In this document: in pieces, positions 10,413 to 20,516 of the stretch | How positions within the stretch are numbered: position 1 is the stretch's first letter | Layout of the letters: each line of letters opens with the position of its first letter | Virus record (IMG/VR): IMGVR_UViG_2565956892_000004 | Source: a virus | Length of the DNA stretch: 64,000 nt | Direction: 5' to 3' (one strand) | Translations under genes and position numbers: made by a program | The notes under the pieces: generated by a model | What the model saw: the letters and a program-made list of their open reading frames with translations, nothing else | The model's database searches: none | What the model was told of the DNA's origin: nothing

Positions 10413-10757
10413 TTATGTCATATTTCGGAGCGCTTCGAATCCAGCTTCGTCTCTTTCGGTGTTTAAAATTGGGTTGTTATCTCCCTTGATTACTTCGCCA
10501 ACTTCCTTTCTAAGAGACTCCATTAGGTTCTCAATGCCCTCTTGAGTTGCGCCCATGCTTCCTGCCAGCGCAATTTTTAAGTGTCGGAGATCTCTTTGAG
10601 CCTCGATCCGTTCAACACTGTTGCTAAGCAACCAAAATGTTTTGATTGGCATAGCGAGTAGAGATTGATAGGTTTCTGAGTAAAAATGCATTACGCGACA
10701 AAACAGGAATCCAAAATCTAAAGATTCAAGCTTTGGCGCAGAGGCACTTACTTTCCC
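10413..10757 (-). CDS. gpT-like extension of tail assembly chaperone, reached by -1 frameshift from the gpG-like ORF (G-T fusion product 11071->10413)
   Basis: -1 frame is open from the GGGAAAG slip site (10751-10757) to the stop at 10413-10415. No independent start or RBS for the 92-aa ORF. Confidence 0.65.
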   Translation of the reverse strand, partial: GKVSASAPKLESLDFGFLFCRVMHFYSETYQSLLAMPIKTFWLLSNSVERIEAQRDLRHLKIALAGSMGATQEGIENLMESLRKEVGEVIKGDNNPILNTERDEAGFEALRNMT

Positions 10758-11071
10758 TCTTTGTCTGCCGCCTCATCAGCCTCTTCAGAGTCATTGTCTT
10801 GTCCGCTAACAAACGCAACAATTGCTTGAAGTTGAGGAAGTTGAAGCTTTTCGATTTCCTCAACAGGAACGTCTGGAAGGGCAGAGCTAACAACTTTGAT
10901 GGCAAATTCAAGTTCACGAAGAGGGTCACGCGAAGCTGCAATTTCACGAGCATCTTTGACGAATTGAGTAAATTCCCCAACGCTCATGATTTTGAGTTCA
11001 TGTTTTTTGCCAGCGATTTCGATAAATCGATCACTTTTAACTGAGATGTTTTCAATGTTTAATAATTTCAT
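10748..11071 (-). CDS. Tail assembly chaperone, lambda gpG-like
   Basis: 107 aa. Acidic C-terminus. Ends GAG GGA AAG TAA, i.e. lambda-type slippery heptamer just before the stop. Position between tube and tape measure. Confidence 0.7.
   Translation of the reverse strand: MKLLNIENISVKSDRFIEIAGKKHELKIMSVGEFTQFVKDAREIAASRDPLRELEFAIKVVSSALPDVPVEEIEKLQLPQLQAIVAFVSGQDNDSEEADEAADKEGK
10751..10757 (-). other. Programmed -1 ribosomal frameshift slippery heptamer G GGA AAG (X XXY YYZ)
   Basis: Read directly on the minus strand. It is the same heptamer as the lambda G/T site. The downstream -1 frame is open into the gpT-like ORF. Confidence 0.7.
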
Positions 11072-11159
11072 TTTTGCGCGTCTCGAATCTGAGAAAGCCC
11101 TGCGAATGACAGGGCTGTTAGGAGGTTGTTAAATCAGTCAGTAATGACTGATTTATAAA

Positions 11160-11687
11160 TTAAGCCTTACCAGCTGCCGGATCACCAATAGAGAACAGTT
11201 TGCCGTTCTCGTCTGGATACGCGTTGAACTCAGTGTTAAACAAACGCTCATCTTCCAGCTTGTAGCCGAAATCCAATGCGCCAGCAGTTGCCGCACGTTT
11301 AACAACAAAGTCGTCAGATTTGTCGGTATCAGGCTTGCCAATTGGGTGCAATACCAATTCTTTTGCGAAGTCGAGCAAGTTGATACCAACGCCAGTAGGA
11401 ACATCTACGCGTTTTTTAGCAGGGGTTTGAGCGTCAGTAACCAAAGTGGCACCAGGCATGATTTTTACCAAGTTTTCCAAAGTGGTTTCTGCGAGAGGGG
11501 CTTTTACAACTACGGTACGACCGAGAATGTATTCATTGATTGGTGTTTGGCCAAACTGGTCAACTTGAACCTTGTGGGTTTCAGTTGAGACAGTTACGTC
11601 AACGCCGCCTTTTGTAAAACCTAAGTCCACTCCATCGAACATGATTTTACAAACACCAAGCTTGACGTTTTTAACATCGCTTGCCAT
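11160..11687 (-). CDS. Major tail (tube) protein, lambda gpV-like
   Basis: Start placed at the ATG 6 nt after AAGGAG (11695-11700 complement); the ORF-track start at 11720 lies inside the palindromic element. Position immediately upstream of the G/T chaperones. Confidence 0.6.
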   Translation of the reverse strand: MASDVKNVKLGVCKIMFDGVDLGFTKGGVDVTVSTETHKVQVDQFGQTPINEYILGRTVVVKAPLAETTLENLVKIMPGATLVTDAQTPAKKRVDVPTGVGINLLDFAKELVLHPIGKPDTDKSDDFVVKRAATAGALDFGYKLEDERLFNTEFNAYPDENGKLFSIGDPAAGKA

Positions 11688-11756
11688 TGTCATCTCCTTT
11701 GCAAAGGCATATTCAGTCATCCATGACTGATTTTTGGCAATCTATCATAGAGGGGG

Positions 11757-12257
11757 TTATTTGTCCAGTTTCTTGATTTCTCTAAGAACTTGTGCGCGAA
11801 TATCCTTCTGAATCTCTTTGGCGTGGTACATGAGCGCTCTATCCATGAAGCGCCCGCCGGCATGAACTCCATTTGCTAATCCCGCCGCCACTGATCGTTC
11901 CGAAGGCATGATTGACATGCGCACATTTCCCCAGCCCATGTGTTCGTGTATTAACCAAGCATATTCCCCCACAAAAGCTTCTTTTTTACCGCCGCTTGTA
12001 GGTTGGGACATGTTGACATACACCTCCCATCTGGATTGCCCTCGACTAAATTGCCCCAATTTATTTGTACCACCGCCAATTCGACGCACCTTAATTGAAC
12101 GTCGAAGGTCGCCCTCGTCAATTGGTGTCATATTGATGGCGGTTTCTTTTACCTTGTAGGCACAGTCACGCAAGGTTGTTGCAGCTACTTTTTCGGGCAC
12201 TTCTGAAAGAGCTTCCAGTCTTGCTCGCAGTCTTCCAAAATTTCCCTTTTTGAACAT
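11757..12257 (-). CDS. Tail terminator/completion protein (gpU-like by position)
   Basis: 166 aa ORF immediately upstream of the tube gene. Synteny only. Confidence 0.4.
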   Translation of the reverse strand: MFKKGNFGRLRARLEALSEVPEKVAATTLRDCAYKVKETAINMTPIDEGDLRRSIKVRRIGGGTNKLGQFSRGQSRWEVYVNMSQPTSGGKKEAFVGEYAWLIHEHMGWGNVRMSIMPSERSVAAGLANGVHAGGRFMDRALMYHAKEIQKDIRAQVLREIKKLDK

Positions 12258-12677
12258 TTACTCTCCTTTAATTTCATAGCCACAAACGCTGTATTCTGCG
12301 GCGAGTTCAATTAAGTTCCCCGCAGACATTGGGTATGCGTTAGGTCGTGTTTTTGGTCGACAATAGTTGAAGTGGAAGTCTCCGACAGTTGTGTCATTGA
12401 GTGTGAGAACTTCACTCACCCTTTGCATCCTTTGCTCAGCCAGATCAAAGGAAGTATCTCGGACAATGACTACGAATCCTGTTTTGAAATATCCGGGAAG
12501 CTCGTAATCGATTTCCGTTCCGGGTAAATCATTTCTCAACAACACGCCTTTTGGGGCGGAAATTGGAATCATGTTGACAAAGATGGTCTGCCCCGTAATG
12601 CCAACCTGTTTAGTCTGAAGCAGCTTAGCTAGTGGTAGTAGATTCATTGTCGCTCCAATAACTGCAACCAACTTCAA
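12258..12677 (-). CDS. Head-tail joining/tail completion protein (by position)
   Basis: 139 aa ORF in the head-tail connector block. The real start may be the internal Met (overlaps the upstream gene by 53 nt). Confidence 0.35.
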   Translation of the reverse strand: MKLVAVIGATMNLLPLAKLLQTKQVGITGQTIFVNMIPISAPKGVLLRNDLPGTEIDYELPGYFKTGFVVIVRDTSFDLAEQRMQRVSEVLTLNDTTVGDFHFNYCRPKTRPNAYPMSAGNLIELAAEYSVCGYEIKGE

Positions 12678-12990
12678 AATGGTCTAGGCGACCACTGATT
12701 GCAAAACGTGGCTCTTTTGAAACAACGCGAAAATCATGGCTATGTAACTCAATTACACTGTCAATGTCCGCAGTTGTGTTGGGGCTCATCAAGAAGATTG
12801 CATCCGCTTGTTGCTCCCGTGCATTTCCTCGTGTTGCGGAAGAGTCGGCTCGCACAGAAGACTTTTCATTCTTGATGACGTAGCGAACGATTGCGCATTT
12901 TTCCCTTTTGCGCTTTCCCTCTTGTGGTTGGCCATAAACGCTGTAACCAGCAATCGAACGAACCACGCAAGTTTGATTAGGTCTGAACAT
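12625..12990 (-). CDS. Head-tail joining protein (by position)
   Basis: 121 aa ORF. Synteny only. Confidence 0.35.
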   Translation of the reverse strand: MFRPNQTCVVRSIAGYSVYGQPQEGKRKREKCAIVRYVIKNEKSSVRADSSATRGNAREQQADAIFLMSPNTTADIDSVIELHSHDFRVVSKEPRFAISGRLDHFEVGCSYWSDNESTTTS

Positions 12991-13453
12991 TTCCCTCCCC
13001 TGAAAAATGATGAGTCATGATTTCCTCAACTAGCCGAGATGGGTCGCTCCACCCACGCCCATGCTTGTCGATCACGCGCAAGTCCAGTTGGCGCATTTTT
13101 CGCTGAATTAATTGCCCCTGTGCGCCATGCACATTCGAACCAAGCAGCTGAGCCGCCTTGTTTGAGTAGCCACCTGCAATTGATGCGTTTGCTTGACGAA
13201 TTAATTGTGTGGTGACGTTGATAATTTTCGCCCGTGTCTCTTTGGACATAGGGTGTGAAGGATTAAGCAACTCCCCTACCGCACTAAGATATGTATATGA
13301 GGCGATCTGAACATTGATCTTCGCTCTTTCAATGTCTTGAGGGGTGGGCTTGGACTTATTGCCGCGAACAGTGAAGAAGGCGCCATTTAGCGCCATAACG
13401 AAAGTTTTGGTTAGCGCTCCTGCCTGAGCGATGTCAATGTCGTGTTTATTCAT
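12977..13453 (-). CDS. Head completion/connector protein (by position)
   Basis: 158 aa ORF with ATGA stop/start overlap with the upstream gene. Confidence 0.35.
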   Translation of the reverse strand: MNKHDIDIAQAGALTKTFVMALNGAFFTVRGNKSKPTPQDIERAKINVQIASYTYLSAVGELLNPSHPMSKETRAKIINVTTQLIRQANASIAGGYSNKAAQLLGSNVHGAQGQLIQRKMRQLDLRVIDKHGRGWSDPSRLVEEIMTHHFSGEGNVQT

Positions 13454-14226
13454 TAAGCCCGTCCAATTCGCTTATTTGTCGAAATGAACCCACTCAAATA
13501 ACGCATGGTCAATTTAGAGACTACTAAATCTAATGGCATGCCTTTTTGATAGGTTTCATGAGTTTCGCCAATTGTTTGTGAGAGCAATCCTTGCTTCCGG
13601 CTCATCAATGTGGACTCTCCACCGCCCAAGATTGCATCTGCTTCGGCTACTTGAGCCTTTTTGAGCGCATCGACAAATCGAGCGTCCAAAGCTGAAAAAT
13701 CTTTCGGGGAAAGAAGGTCGAGGTTATCAACTAAAGTAAAACCTAATTTACAAATGCGCTCGTAGGCCTCAATTAATGCGCTAATCTTCGAATCGAGACT
13801 CGCTTCATTCCATGCGCTCAATGCACTGATTGAAAGGGAGCTTAAAGTTGCCTGACTCATCGTTTGGAAGCTGTTAAGTCCGGCAATTAGAGGATCTCTC
13901 AATCGAATCGCATAAGCGAGGTTATGCGGTACGATGTTGCCGTCTTGTAGGGTTAGCTCAAATTCAACAACGCGCACTTCGCGAGTGCGAAAATTCAATT
14001 TGTTGTCAGTGGTGATGGCATTAATGTCCAGAGCGGCAATGGTGTTGATTTCTGAAGGGATTGTCAGCTCGCCAAGTGTTGTGTCGAATGACCGCATTTG
14101 AAGTAACTCTTTGGAGTCTTGGTCAACAACACGGTACTTTGCTTCGGTGACGGCGAGAGGGTTGCCGTCACTGTCGCTGAAATCAACATTTAGCTTAACT
14201 GGTGTGCCAACTAAGTAAATGTTCAT
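13453..14226 (-). CDS. Hypothetical structural protein (head-tail region)
   Basis: 257 aa ORF. ATGA overlap with both neighbours indicates a translationally coupled late operon. Confidence 0.4.
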   Translation of the reverse strand: MNIYLVGTPVKLNVDFSDSDGNPLAVTEAKYRVVDQDSKELLQMRSFDTTLGELTIPSEINTIAALDINAITTDNKLNFRTREVRVVEFELTLQDGNIVPHNLAYAIRLRDPLIAGLNSFQTMSQATLSSLSISALSAWNEASLDSKISALIEAYERICKLGFTLVDNLDLLSPKDFSALDARFVDALKKAQVAEADAILGGGESTLMSRKQGLLSQTIGETHETYQKGMPLDLVVSKLTMRYLSGFISTNKRIGRA

Positions 14227-14723
14227 TAGGCACCTGCAACTTCCAAGATGCGCTCAATCAACACCACAATCGAACCACCCTTTACGCCAACTTCGGTAGC
14301 TACAGCGCGAAGACCTGCTAACCCACCTTCTTCTGCAATGGCTTCAAGTTCTTCACGGGTGTATTTTTTGCTTTCAGGTGTAGGGAGTTTGGCATCGGGG
14401 TCAGTTGTAGCGACAATGCCAAGTTGTGCCACTTTATTTAGATGCTCTTCAGCTTTGATTGCATCATCAATTTGAGCCTCAACCATGCGTTGATCGTATT
14501 CAGAAGCTTCCTGTGAGTTTAATGCGCTCGTATTTGCGTTGGACACCAACAATTCAGCCGGGTTGGTGGATTGTCCATTTTCCCACTCGGCGCCAATTGT
14601 GCTGCCAATGCGTACCGCATGGACTGGCAATACATCCATAGCAGAAAGACCGTTTTCGAAATAAACGGCGCCCATATGCCCAGTGAAGTTTTCATAGCCC
14701 TTAGCTGTTAATCGTAGTTTCAT
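14226..14723 (-). CDS. Head-associated protein with C-terminal HeH/Rho-N-like motif (possible decoration protein)
   Basis: 165 aa. C-terminal GLAGLRAVATEVGVKGGS..LIERILE resembles SAP/HeH motifs common on phage head proteins. Follows the capsid gene and terminator. Confidence 0.4.
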   Translation of the reverse strand: MKLRLTAKGYENFTGHMGAVYFENGLSAMDVLPVHAVRIGSTIGAEWENGQSTNPAELLVSNANTSALNSQEASEYDQRMVEAQIDDAIKAEEHLNKVAQLGIVATTDPDAKLPTPESKKYTREELEAIAEEGGLAGLRAVATEVGVKGGSIVVLIERILEVAGA

Positions 14724-14788
14724 CTGACTTCCTTGTCTTAGTAGATTTTTGAATGATAAGTTATTGGTGATCTTGCATCAATTGAAAC

Positions 14789-14817
14789 ACAACAAAAAAG
14801 GGACTAAATAGTCCCTT
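14789..14817 (-). terminator. Intrinsic terminator after major capsid gene (AAGGGACTATTTAGTCCCTT + U7)
   Basis: 8-bp stem, 4-nt loop, followed by a U-tract on the minus-strand transcript. Directly 3' of the capsid stop and palindromic element. Confidence 0.7.
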
Positions 14818-14845
14818 TTATTGTAAGTCAGTAGTGACTGATTTA

Positions 14846-15748
14846 TTAGATGTTGGTAACACCTTTTAAACGCGCTAAAGACTTAGTTGATTTCAAGACT
14901 AAACCAACATACCACTTCAAACGGATACGGGTTGCGTCTTTGTTTTGTACAGTACCGATGTTTTCAACAACGATACCAGCAGGGCCACCGCCGTAGATGC
15001 CATGAAGGCCGTCTACTTCGTTTGCACGGATTGCGTAAATTGAACACGTTTTGGTATTAGTGCCCATCACTTCGTCAGCTGGTAAGAACTCGTTCATCAC
15101 AATTGGCACACCGTTGTGTGTCAACATTGGACGACCAAAGTTTTCAACCATCTGCATAACAGCGTCAGTACCCGATGTTACACGGAGTAAGTTACGGTAC
15201 GCGCGAATTGTACCGCGACGCATTACTAAACAGTCAGCTCCATGAGGAACCTTGTCGAGTAATTCATCTAACAACGCTAAAGTGATACCGCCACCATCTG
15301 GGCCGGCGCTAATTGTTTGCTCTTCAGTTACAAGTTTTGCGATACCGTCAAATTCTTTTGGATTAACAGAAGCATCACCAGTAGCTAAAGTTTTGTGGAA
15401 TTTACGACCTACACCCTTCGCCTTTTGCGTCACTTGGATCGCCATTTGGTTGTTGGTGTCATCCATAGTGGAATCAAGGAATTTGTCAATGTCGACGTCG
15501 CCAGCCAAAATACGTAACTTGGCAGTGACTTCTTCGAACGTTGATGCAGACTCTTTGATTTCTTCGTTTGGATCTAAGAAATCAGCGTCAGCTAACGTTT
15601 TTTCACGGTTATAGACGTATGCTTTCCCTTTCACGCCTACAAATGGAAGAAACGCAAACATTTCGTCCTTATCGATAATTTCCTCGACCACACCCGAAAC
15701 GAGTTGGTTATTACTAAGCTTCGCAGCTTCTTCACGTAATAGTGGCAT
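14846..15748 (-). CDS. Major capsid protein
   Basis: 300 aa. Position after the scaffold and before the strong terminator. Size and composition typical of HK97-fold major capsid proteins. No protease gene seen. Confidence 0.7.
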   Translation of the reverse strand: MPLLREEAAKLSNNQLVSGVVEEIIDKDEMFAFLPFVGVKGKAYVYNREKTLADADFLDPNEEIKESASTFEEVTAKLRILAGDVDIDKFLDSTMDDTNNQMAIQVTQKAKGVGRKFHKTLATGDASVNPKEFDGIAKLVTEEQTISAGPDGGGITLALLDELLDKVPHGADCLVMRRGTIRAYRNLLRVTSGTDAVMQMVENFGRPMLTHNGVPIVMNEFLPADEVMGTNTKTCSIYAIRANEVDGLHGIYGGGPAGIVVENIGTVQNKDATRIRLKWYVGLVLKSTKSLARLKGVTNI

Positions 15749-15918
15749 TTAACTACTCCATTAGTTAATTTGCTCAATGAGATTGTCGGATTTACTAACT
15801 CTCTCTAGCCACCGATTGATCGAGAATCCTACTACAAAGGATTCAAAAGATCAATCAGTAATGACTGATTATTTTTGCTGAAATGCCCGAACTGTAAGGT
15901 TCGGGCATCATTTATGGG

Positions 15919-16770
15919 TTACTGATTAGCAAACAGCTCACTCAAGCCATTTGAAATTTTGGCAGTTGAAGACAATTTAGCTTCTGGTTTAGGCGCGCCT
16001 TGTTTTGGATTTGGCTGTGAACCAGCTCCTTGTTTTGATTTGGCTTTGATCATGTAATTTGCATCAGGGTCCATTGATACAATTTTTTCTAAAGCTTTAT
16101 CAAAATTTACAGGGTTGCCATGACTATCGACGATCTTAGTTCGCTCTGCCGCGCCGCGAGGTTTGTCATAACCAACCACTTTGCCATCTTCAATTTCAAA
16201 GTGATTACCATATAACGCACGTAACTTAGTTGGCGTGTAAATTAAATCTTGTTTGATGTATTGAGATTGGTTGAATTGAGCGCCAACCGTCAGGTCATTG
16301 ATCATTTGAGACTTCGAAGCATTGGCACCTTCAAGCTCTGCGATTTTTGCTTTTAGGGCATTTACTTCTTTAGCATGCTCTTCGGCCATACGCGCTTTCA
16401 GACGTTCAAAATCACCCTTCGCTTCAAGCTCTTTGGTTTCTTTTTCCTTCTGTTCGTTAATTGCCTTGCGAGCGATTTCAGGGTCGATGTCGATATATCG
16501 CGCCTTCAGTTCTTCAAGCTCCTGCTTCACTTTTTGAGCTTCGGCTTTTTTCTTCATTACTTCTTTGAGTAATTCAGCTTCTTTGTCAGTCGGCTTGTTT
16601 TTACTTTCATCGTCGGCTTCTGAGTCTTTTTTAGTAGGTTCGGTAGGCTCTTTTTTCTCGTCACCTTCCCCGCCTTCGCCGCCTGAGCCGCCTCCTAAAT
16701 CAGAACCTTCACCATTGGCTTCTTGTCGAAGTAAGCCGCCATTCATTAAAAGTTGCATCCATAAAGGCAT
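15919..16770 (-). CDS. Scaffolding protein
   Basis: 283 aa. Highly charged Lys/Glu coiled-coil (KEAELLKEVMKKKAEAQKVKQELEELKARYIDID). Between the portal and capsid genes. Confidence 0.65.
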   Translation of the reverse strand: MPLWMQLLMNGGLLRQEANGEGSDLGGGSGGEGGEGDEKKEPTEPTKKDSEADDESKNKPTDKEAELLKEVMKKKAEAQKVKQELEELKARYIDIDPEIARKAINEQKEKETKELEAKGDFERLKARMAEEHAKEVNALKAKIAELEGANASKSQMINDLTVGAQFNQSQYIKQDLIYTPTKLRALYGNHFEIEDGKVVGYDKPRGAAERTKIVDSHGNPVNFDKALEKIVSMDPDANYMIKAKSKQGAGSQPNPKQGAPKPEAKLSSTAKISNGLSELFANQ

Positions 16771-16819
16771 ATCGATCTTCCTTGTGCTAGTCTCTTAGCT
16801 ACAGTCGTTCCCTTGACTG

Positions 16820-18520
16820 TTACTTTGTTTGTTCGGTCACTTGGCCTTGACGATTATTCTTTGTCGCTTTGGCCGCTTTGTTTCCTTGAGGGTTTTTTGC
16901 TTTAGCAGCGGTCTTATCTTCCGCTCCGTCATCATTCTTTTTGATGCTGGTGCGGTTTTTAAGTTGGCCCGTGCTGGTTCCGTCTGTGATTTGTGACGCC
17001 AATTCAAGTGGGTCAACCGGCCAATCCTTCAGCTCTTTAAGCATCTTCTCTTTGAGTTCCTTAGCTAACTGAGGGAACAACTTATCAATCACAGCTTCCA
17101 TTTGAGTACGTCTTACCGTGTCTGGCGCTTCGATCAACATTAGGCGTGCAGAAATATCAAATTCGTCATACAAGCCACGAGTATCGAAGTTGTCAGGGTA
17201 TGAGACGTATGAGTCTTTATCGTCGATTCTTTCGCCGTTCCATTTGGCAACGAGTCGAACGATCTTGTTTTCGATTGTTTCAAGTGAATCAGCTTTCGCT
17301 GTAAGCAAGGCGTTTACACGTTCAAAGTCATAAGCTTTCGCTACGCCCGAACTGTTGTCGATACCTACCGCATTGTCCTGTTTTGTGCGCTCTCCTGCTA
17401 AACCGACAGTGTGATAAATTTCTCCAATGATCTTATTGATAGTGGTCATCAAAAGATCAGCCTGCTTTACGTCTGGCGATAGATAGAAAGGTTGAGATCC
17501 ACCCTCTCCATCATAGAGGAACACTCGTTTAGTCCCCATTTCCAAGAGCTTGTCATGGCTCTCTTCACCCGGCATTAGGTTTTGGGCCGGCATCGCAAGT
17601 TGACTGAAGGTTTGGTCTTGAATGATTGCATCCAAGTTTGAAAGGTAATTGGCTGTAGCGCGGTCAAGATAAGCAATGTCATCAATAAGTGCCGGAGCTG
17701 AATATTGATCATCACCAATAATGTTATCCGCCAAAATAACAGGTACTTCGCCGAGATCATGATTGCTCGAATCAACCAAACTCACGGCAACTTTTTTACC
17801 TTTACCTTCTTTTACTTCATAAAGCGCCCAGTGCTGCTTCGTCCAAAGTCTGAAGCGATTTACCGGCTTTCCTGAAGAGTCAAATGGGTCTTCGTCGTCA
17901 CGCCCGATTTCATGAATTAAAATCCAATTTAATTCGCCGTTTTCATCAAATGAGTAATCCAAGAGTCGTTGCGGCTCAACAATGTAACTGTAAGTGTGTA
18001 AGTTGGCTTCAACCTCATCTTGGCGAGAAACAATTTCCATGTCGGCGCGGCTTCTATCGACAACGATACCCACTCGCCCAAACAAAGAAGTTTTCTTACT
18101 AACTTGACGAACAAAATCATTGATCGTTAAGTTTCCTTTGGTTGCTGACTTCCAAAAATCAATAACACATTGAGGCGCATCTTTATCATTACGAGTGATA
18201 GCCTGCTTGAACAGGTACTTGTTAATTAAATCAACAACTTCACGCGTGTGATTGAAGCGATAAGCACGCTCAATTCGATTTTTGAACTCCTTGTCACCCT
18301 CTTTGATGTAGCGAAAAATATTGGAACTAAACCATTTGCGCCCGCCGTTGTATGTTTCCTCCATGAAGTTCCAGTGAGCAACTAACGCTTCGTACTTTGG
18401 ATGCCGTCTCTCGATCAAAGTGCGTAAACGTGCTGGGTCACTGATAACGGAAGTGGCGTTTTGCTTCGCTTCTTCAGCTTGCAAATCAATTACTGCCGAT
18501 TCTCCGTGTTTAAGATTCAT
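16820..18520 (-). CDS. Portal protein
   Basis: 566 aa. Located directly downstream of the large terminase. Basic Lys-rich C-terminal tail. Synteny. Confidence 0.6.
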   Translation of the reverse strand: MNLKHGESAVIDLQAEEAKQNATSVISDPARLRTLIERRHPKYEALVAHWNFMEETYNGGRKWFSSNIFRYIKEGDKEFKNRIERAYRFNHTREVVDLINKYLFKQAITRNDKDAPQCVIDFWKSATKGNLTINDFVRQVSKKTSLFGRVGIVVDRSRADMEIVSRQDEVEANLHTYSYIVEPQRLLDYSFDENGELNWILIHEIGRDDEDPFDSSGKPVNRFRLWTKQHWALYEVKEGKGKKVAVSLVDSSNHDLGEVPVILADNIIGDDQYSAPALIDDIAYLDRATANYLSNLDAIIQDQTFSQLAMPAQNLMPGEESHDKLLEMGTKRVFLYDGEGGSQPFYLSPDVKQADLLMTTINKIIGEIYHTVGLAGERTKQDNAVGIDNSSGVAKAYDFERVNALLTAKADSLETIENKIVRLVAKWNGERIDDKDSYVSYPDNFDTRGLYDEFDISARLMLIEAPDTVRRTQMEAVIDKLFPQLAKELKEKMLKELKDWPVDPLELASQITDGTSTGQLKNRTSIKKNDDGAEDKTAAKAKNPQGNKAAKATKNNRQGQVTEQTK

Positions 18521-18559
18521 CCTTTCCTCTTTATCAGTCAGTAGTGACTGATTGTTACC

Positions 18560-19804
18560 TTAAATTGAAATCCCACCAAAGTCGATTTTGCGTACTGGAA
18601 ACTCAAGTTCGATTGCGTACCCTGCTGCGTCAGCACTATGTTCTACACCAGCCGACTTGTCGACGTCTCGAGAACCAGGCTTATAAATGGTTTGCTCGAA
18701 GGAGTTAATGAGATGTTTGCACTTCTCATCAATTCTCATTCGAATAGAGCCATCTGCTGACATTAGCATTCGGTTTACAGCGTTGACCCTATCAGCAATC
18801 ATTGGATGCTTTTTGCGATACTTGATATTCTTGAAACCCATTTCTCTTAGGATGTCCAAGTCTGTCTCGCCTCGCGCATGCTGCCTTTGTCCGCCAGCTG
18901 GGTCGGGGTAAATAACAATCCGCGATCTGTGCTTCCAAAGTTTTTCATCTAAAGCTCTACACATGTCTTCAGTGTTTGAGCCAAACTGAACAACTTCATC
19001 AACCGCCCAAAGCTCACCGTTTTCTTGAGGTTGAAACAAAACGGCGCTCATTGGGTCAATGTTGAAGTCCATCCCAACCCAAATCGGCAAATTAGGGTTA
19101 ATTTCGTATTTCCCTACATGCAGATTTCGGTCAAATGGATAGTAAACACGACCACTCATGGTTTCGAATGACGCTAAAAACTCCTGTTTGAAGGATTTTT
19201 CATCCATATCTGCTTTAGCGGCGGCTAATTCAGACAATGGAATGAATGGGGATGTAATCGTTGGAAACTGCCATGACTCCCATTGACCAGATCTAACTTT
19301 TTTAGGGTCTTGCCCTAATTTGTAGACGGTGTAGAGACAGTTGTAAGCTTTTGGCGTACCGATGAAGATGGCGTGACCGCCTGTATCTGCCAGCGTAGGA
19401 CGTAACACTTTTGTCCAAGTGTCTTCGTCCATGTCTTGAAACTCATCGAGAACTAGAAAGTTGATACCGACACCACGTAGGGAGTCGGCTTTGTCAGCAC
19501 CCTTCAGCTCAATTCGTGATTTATTAACCAATCGGATTGAAAGGTTTGACTCGTTGACCTTCGCAATCCAAGATTTAGGGATGGCGTCAAGCAGATCATT
19601 CCACATAATCTGCTTGGCCATCTTGTATGTTGGGGCAACATACCAGACCTTTTGCTTTGGAATGCGCGCTTTGGAAATCATCAAAATCTTTGAAAGTTGA
19701 CTCTTCCCCCAACGACGCCCCGCCACAACTACGCGGAAACGCGCCTTTGATTGGTACACCTGCATTTGTTTAGGATGCAGACTGAGTTTTTCTTTGATTC
19801 CCAT
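18560..19804 (-). CDS. terL: Terminase large subunit
   Basis: Walker A-like VVVAGRRWGKS. Walker B LVLDEFQDM. C-terminal nuclease-type motif IVIYPDPAGGQ. 414 aa. Follows the small terminase with a 2-nt gap. Confidence 0.85.
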   Translation of the reverse strand: MGIKEKLSLHPKQMQVYQSKARFRVVVAGRRWGKSQLSKILMISKARIPKQKVWYVAPTYKMAKQIMWNDLLDAIPKSWIAKVNESNLSIRLVNKSRIELKGADKADSLRGVGINFLVLDEFQDMDEDTWTKVLRPTLADTGGHAIFIGTPKAYNCLYTVYKLGQDPKKVRSGQWESWQFPTITSPFIPLSELAAAKADMDEKSFKQEFLASFETMSGRVYYPFDRNLHVGKYEINPNLPIWVGMDFNIDPMSAVLFQPQENGELWAVDEVVQFGSNTEDMCRALDEKLWKHRSRIVIYPDPAGGQRQHARGETDLDILREMGFKNIKYRKKHPMIADRVNAVNRMLMSADGSIRMRIDEKCKHLINSFEQTIYKPGSRDVDKSAGVEHSADAAGYAIELEFPVRKIDFGGISI

Positions 19805-19806
19805 TA

Positions 19807-20397
19807 CTAACTTGATTTAACTTCCACTGTCTCCTGTACTGGTTCCGTCCCTTCAATTTCGAACTCGTTAAAATTACGCTCACGTAATTCCTCGATTTCG
19901 TCAGCCGTCAGCTCGGTAATCTCCAACGTAGCAAGCTCGTTGGTATCTACGGCATCTGGTCGGTCAAGACCCAATACAGACCATCGTTCCATGCGGGCTT
20001 TGGCAAGCGCTGTGATAGCAATATCTAACGCTTTAAGATTTGGAGCTGCGGTTGCGAGCGGCTGGTTATTCTTCTTTGCTGTAAGAACTTCCTGCCAAAC
20101 CAGCTTTGCAATATTTTGAGATATTGCGTAATGCTCGTTCTTCGTCTCACGGATTCGCTGAGCATGTAACGACGCCTCTTCCGTTGCGGCTTGCTGAACT
20201 GCGTCGGCAATCTTTGCCCTGTGCTGCTCGGCATTTTGTCGGTACTTAACGCCTGCTTTTGCCATGTGCTGTTGAACGGCAGACTCCGATACGCCCAACT
20301 TCTTTGCAATTTCCTTGCGAGTCGCATCACCATTCGCCCAGAGTGCTTCTGCCTCCGCCCATTTCTTCAATGGAACGGATTTGCGTTGGTTGGTCAT
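19807..20397 (-). CDS. terS: Terminase small subunit
   Basis: 196 aa. N-terminal HTH-like segment (RKEIAKKLGVSESAVQQHMAKAG). Acidic C-terminus. Immediately upstream of terL. Confidence 0.6.
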   Translation of the reverse strand: MTNQRKSVPLKKWAEAEALWANGDATRKEIAKKLGVSESAVQQHMAKAGVKYRQNAEQHRAKIADAVQQAATEEASLHAQRIRETKNEHYAISQNIAKLVWQEVLTAKKNNQPLATAAPNLKALDIAITALAKARMERWSVLGLDRPDAVDTNELATLEITELTADEIEELRERNFNEFEIEGTEPVQETVEVKSS

Positions 20398-20516
20398 TCG
20401 CTTTCCAAGAAGTTGAAAAGGGGTGGCTCCTACTTCCTGTCTGAATCACCCCGTCGTTTTGGCTGAGGATACTTATAAATTTAAATTATGTCAATCAGTA
20501 GTGACTGAACTTTTAA

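Noticed and set aside
12258-12990. 53-nt overlap between the 139-aa and 121-aa head-tail genes taken as evidence of a frameshift or fusion
   Set aside because: More simply explained by an over-extended N-terminus of the downstream ORF (internal Met MNLLPLAKLLQ). No slippery heptamer seen.
20025-20333. 102-aa minus ORF inside terS in another frame
   Set aside because: Fully nested in the small-terminase gene. Arg/Gln-rich out-of-frame translation.
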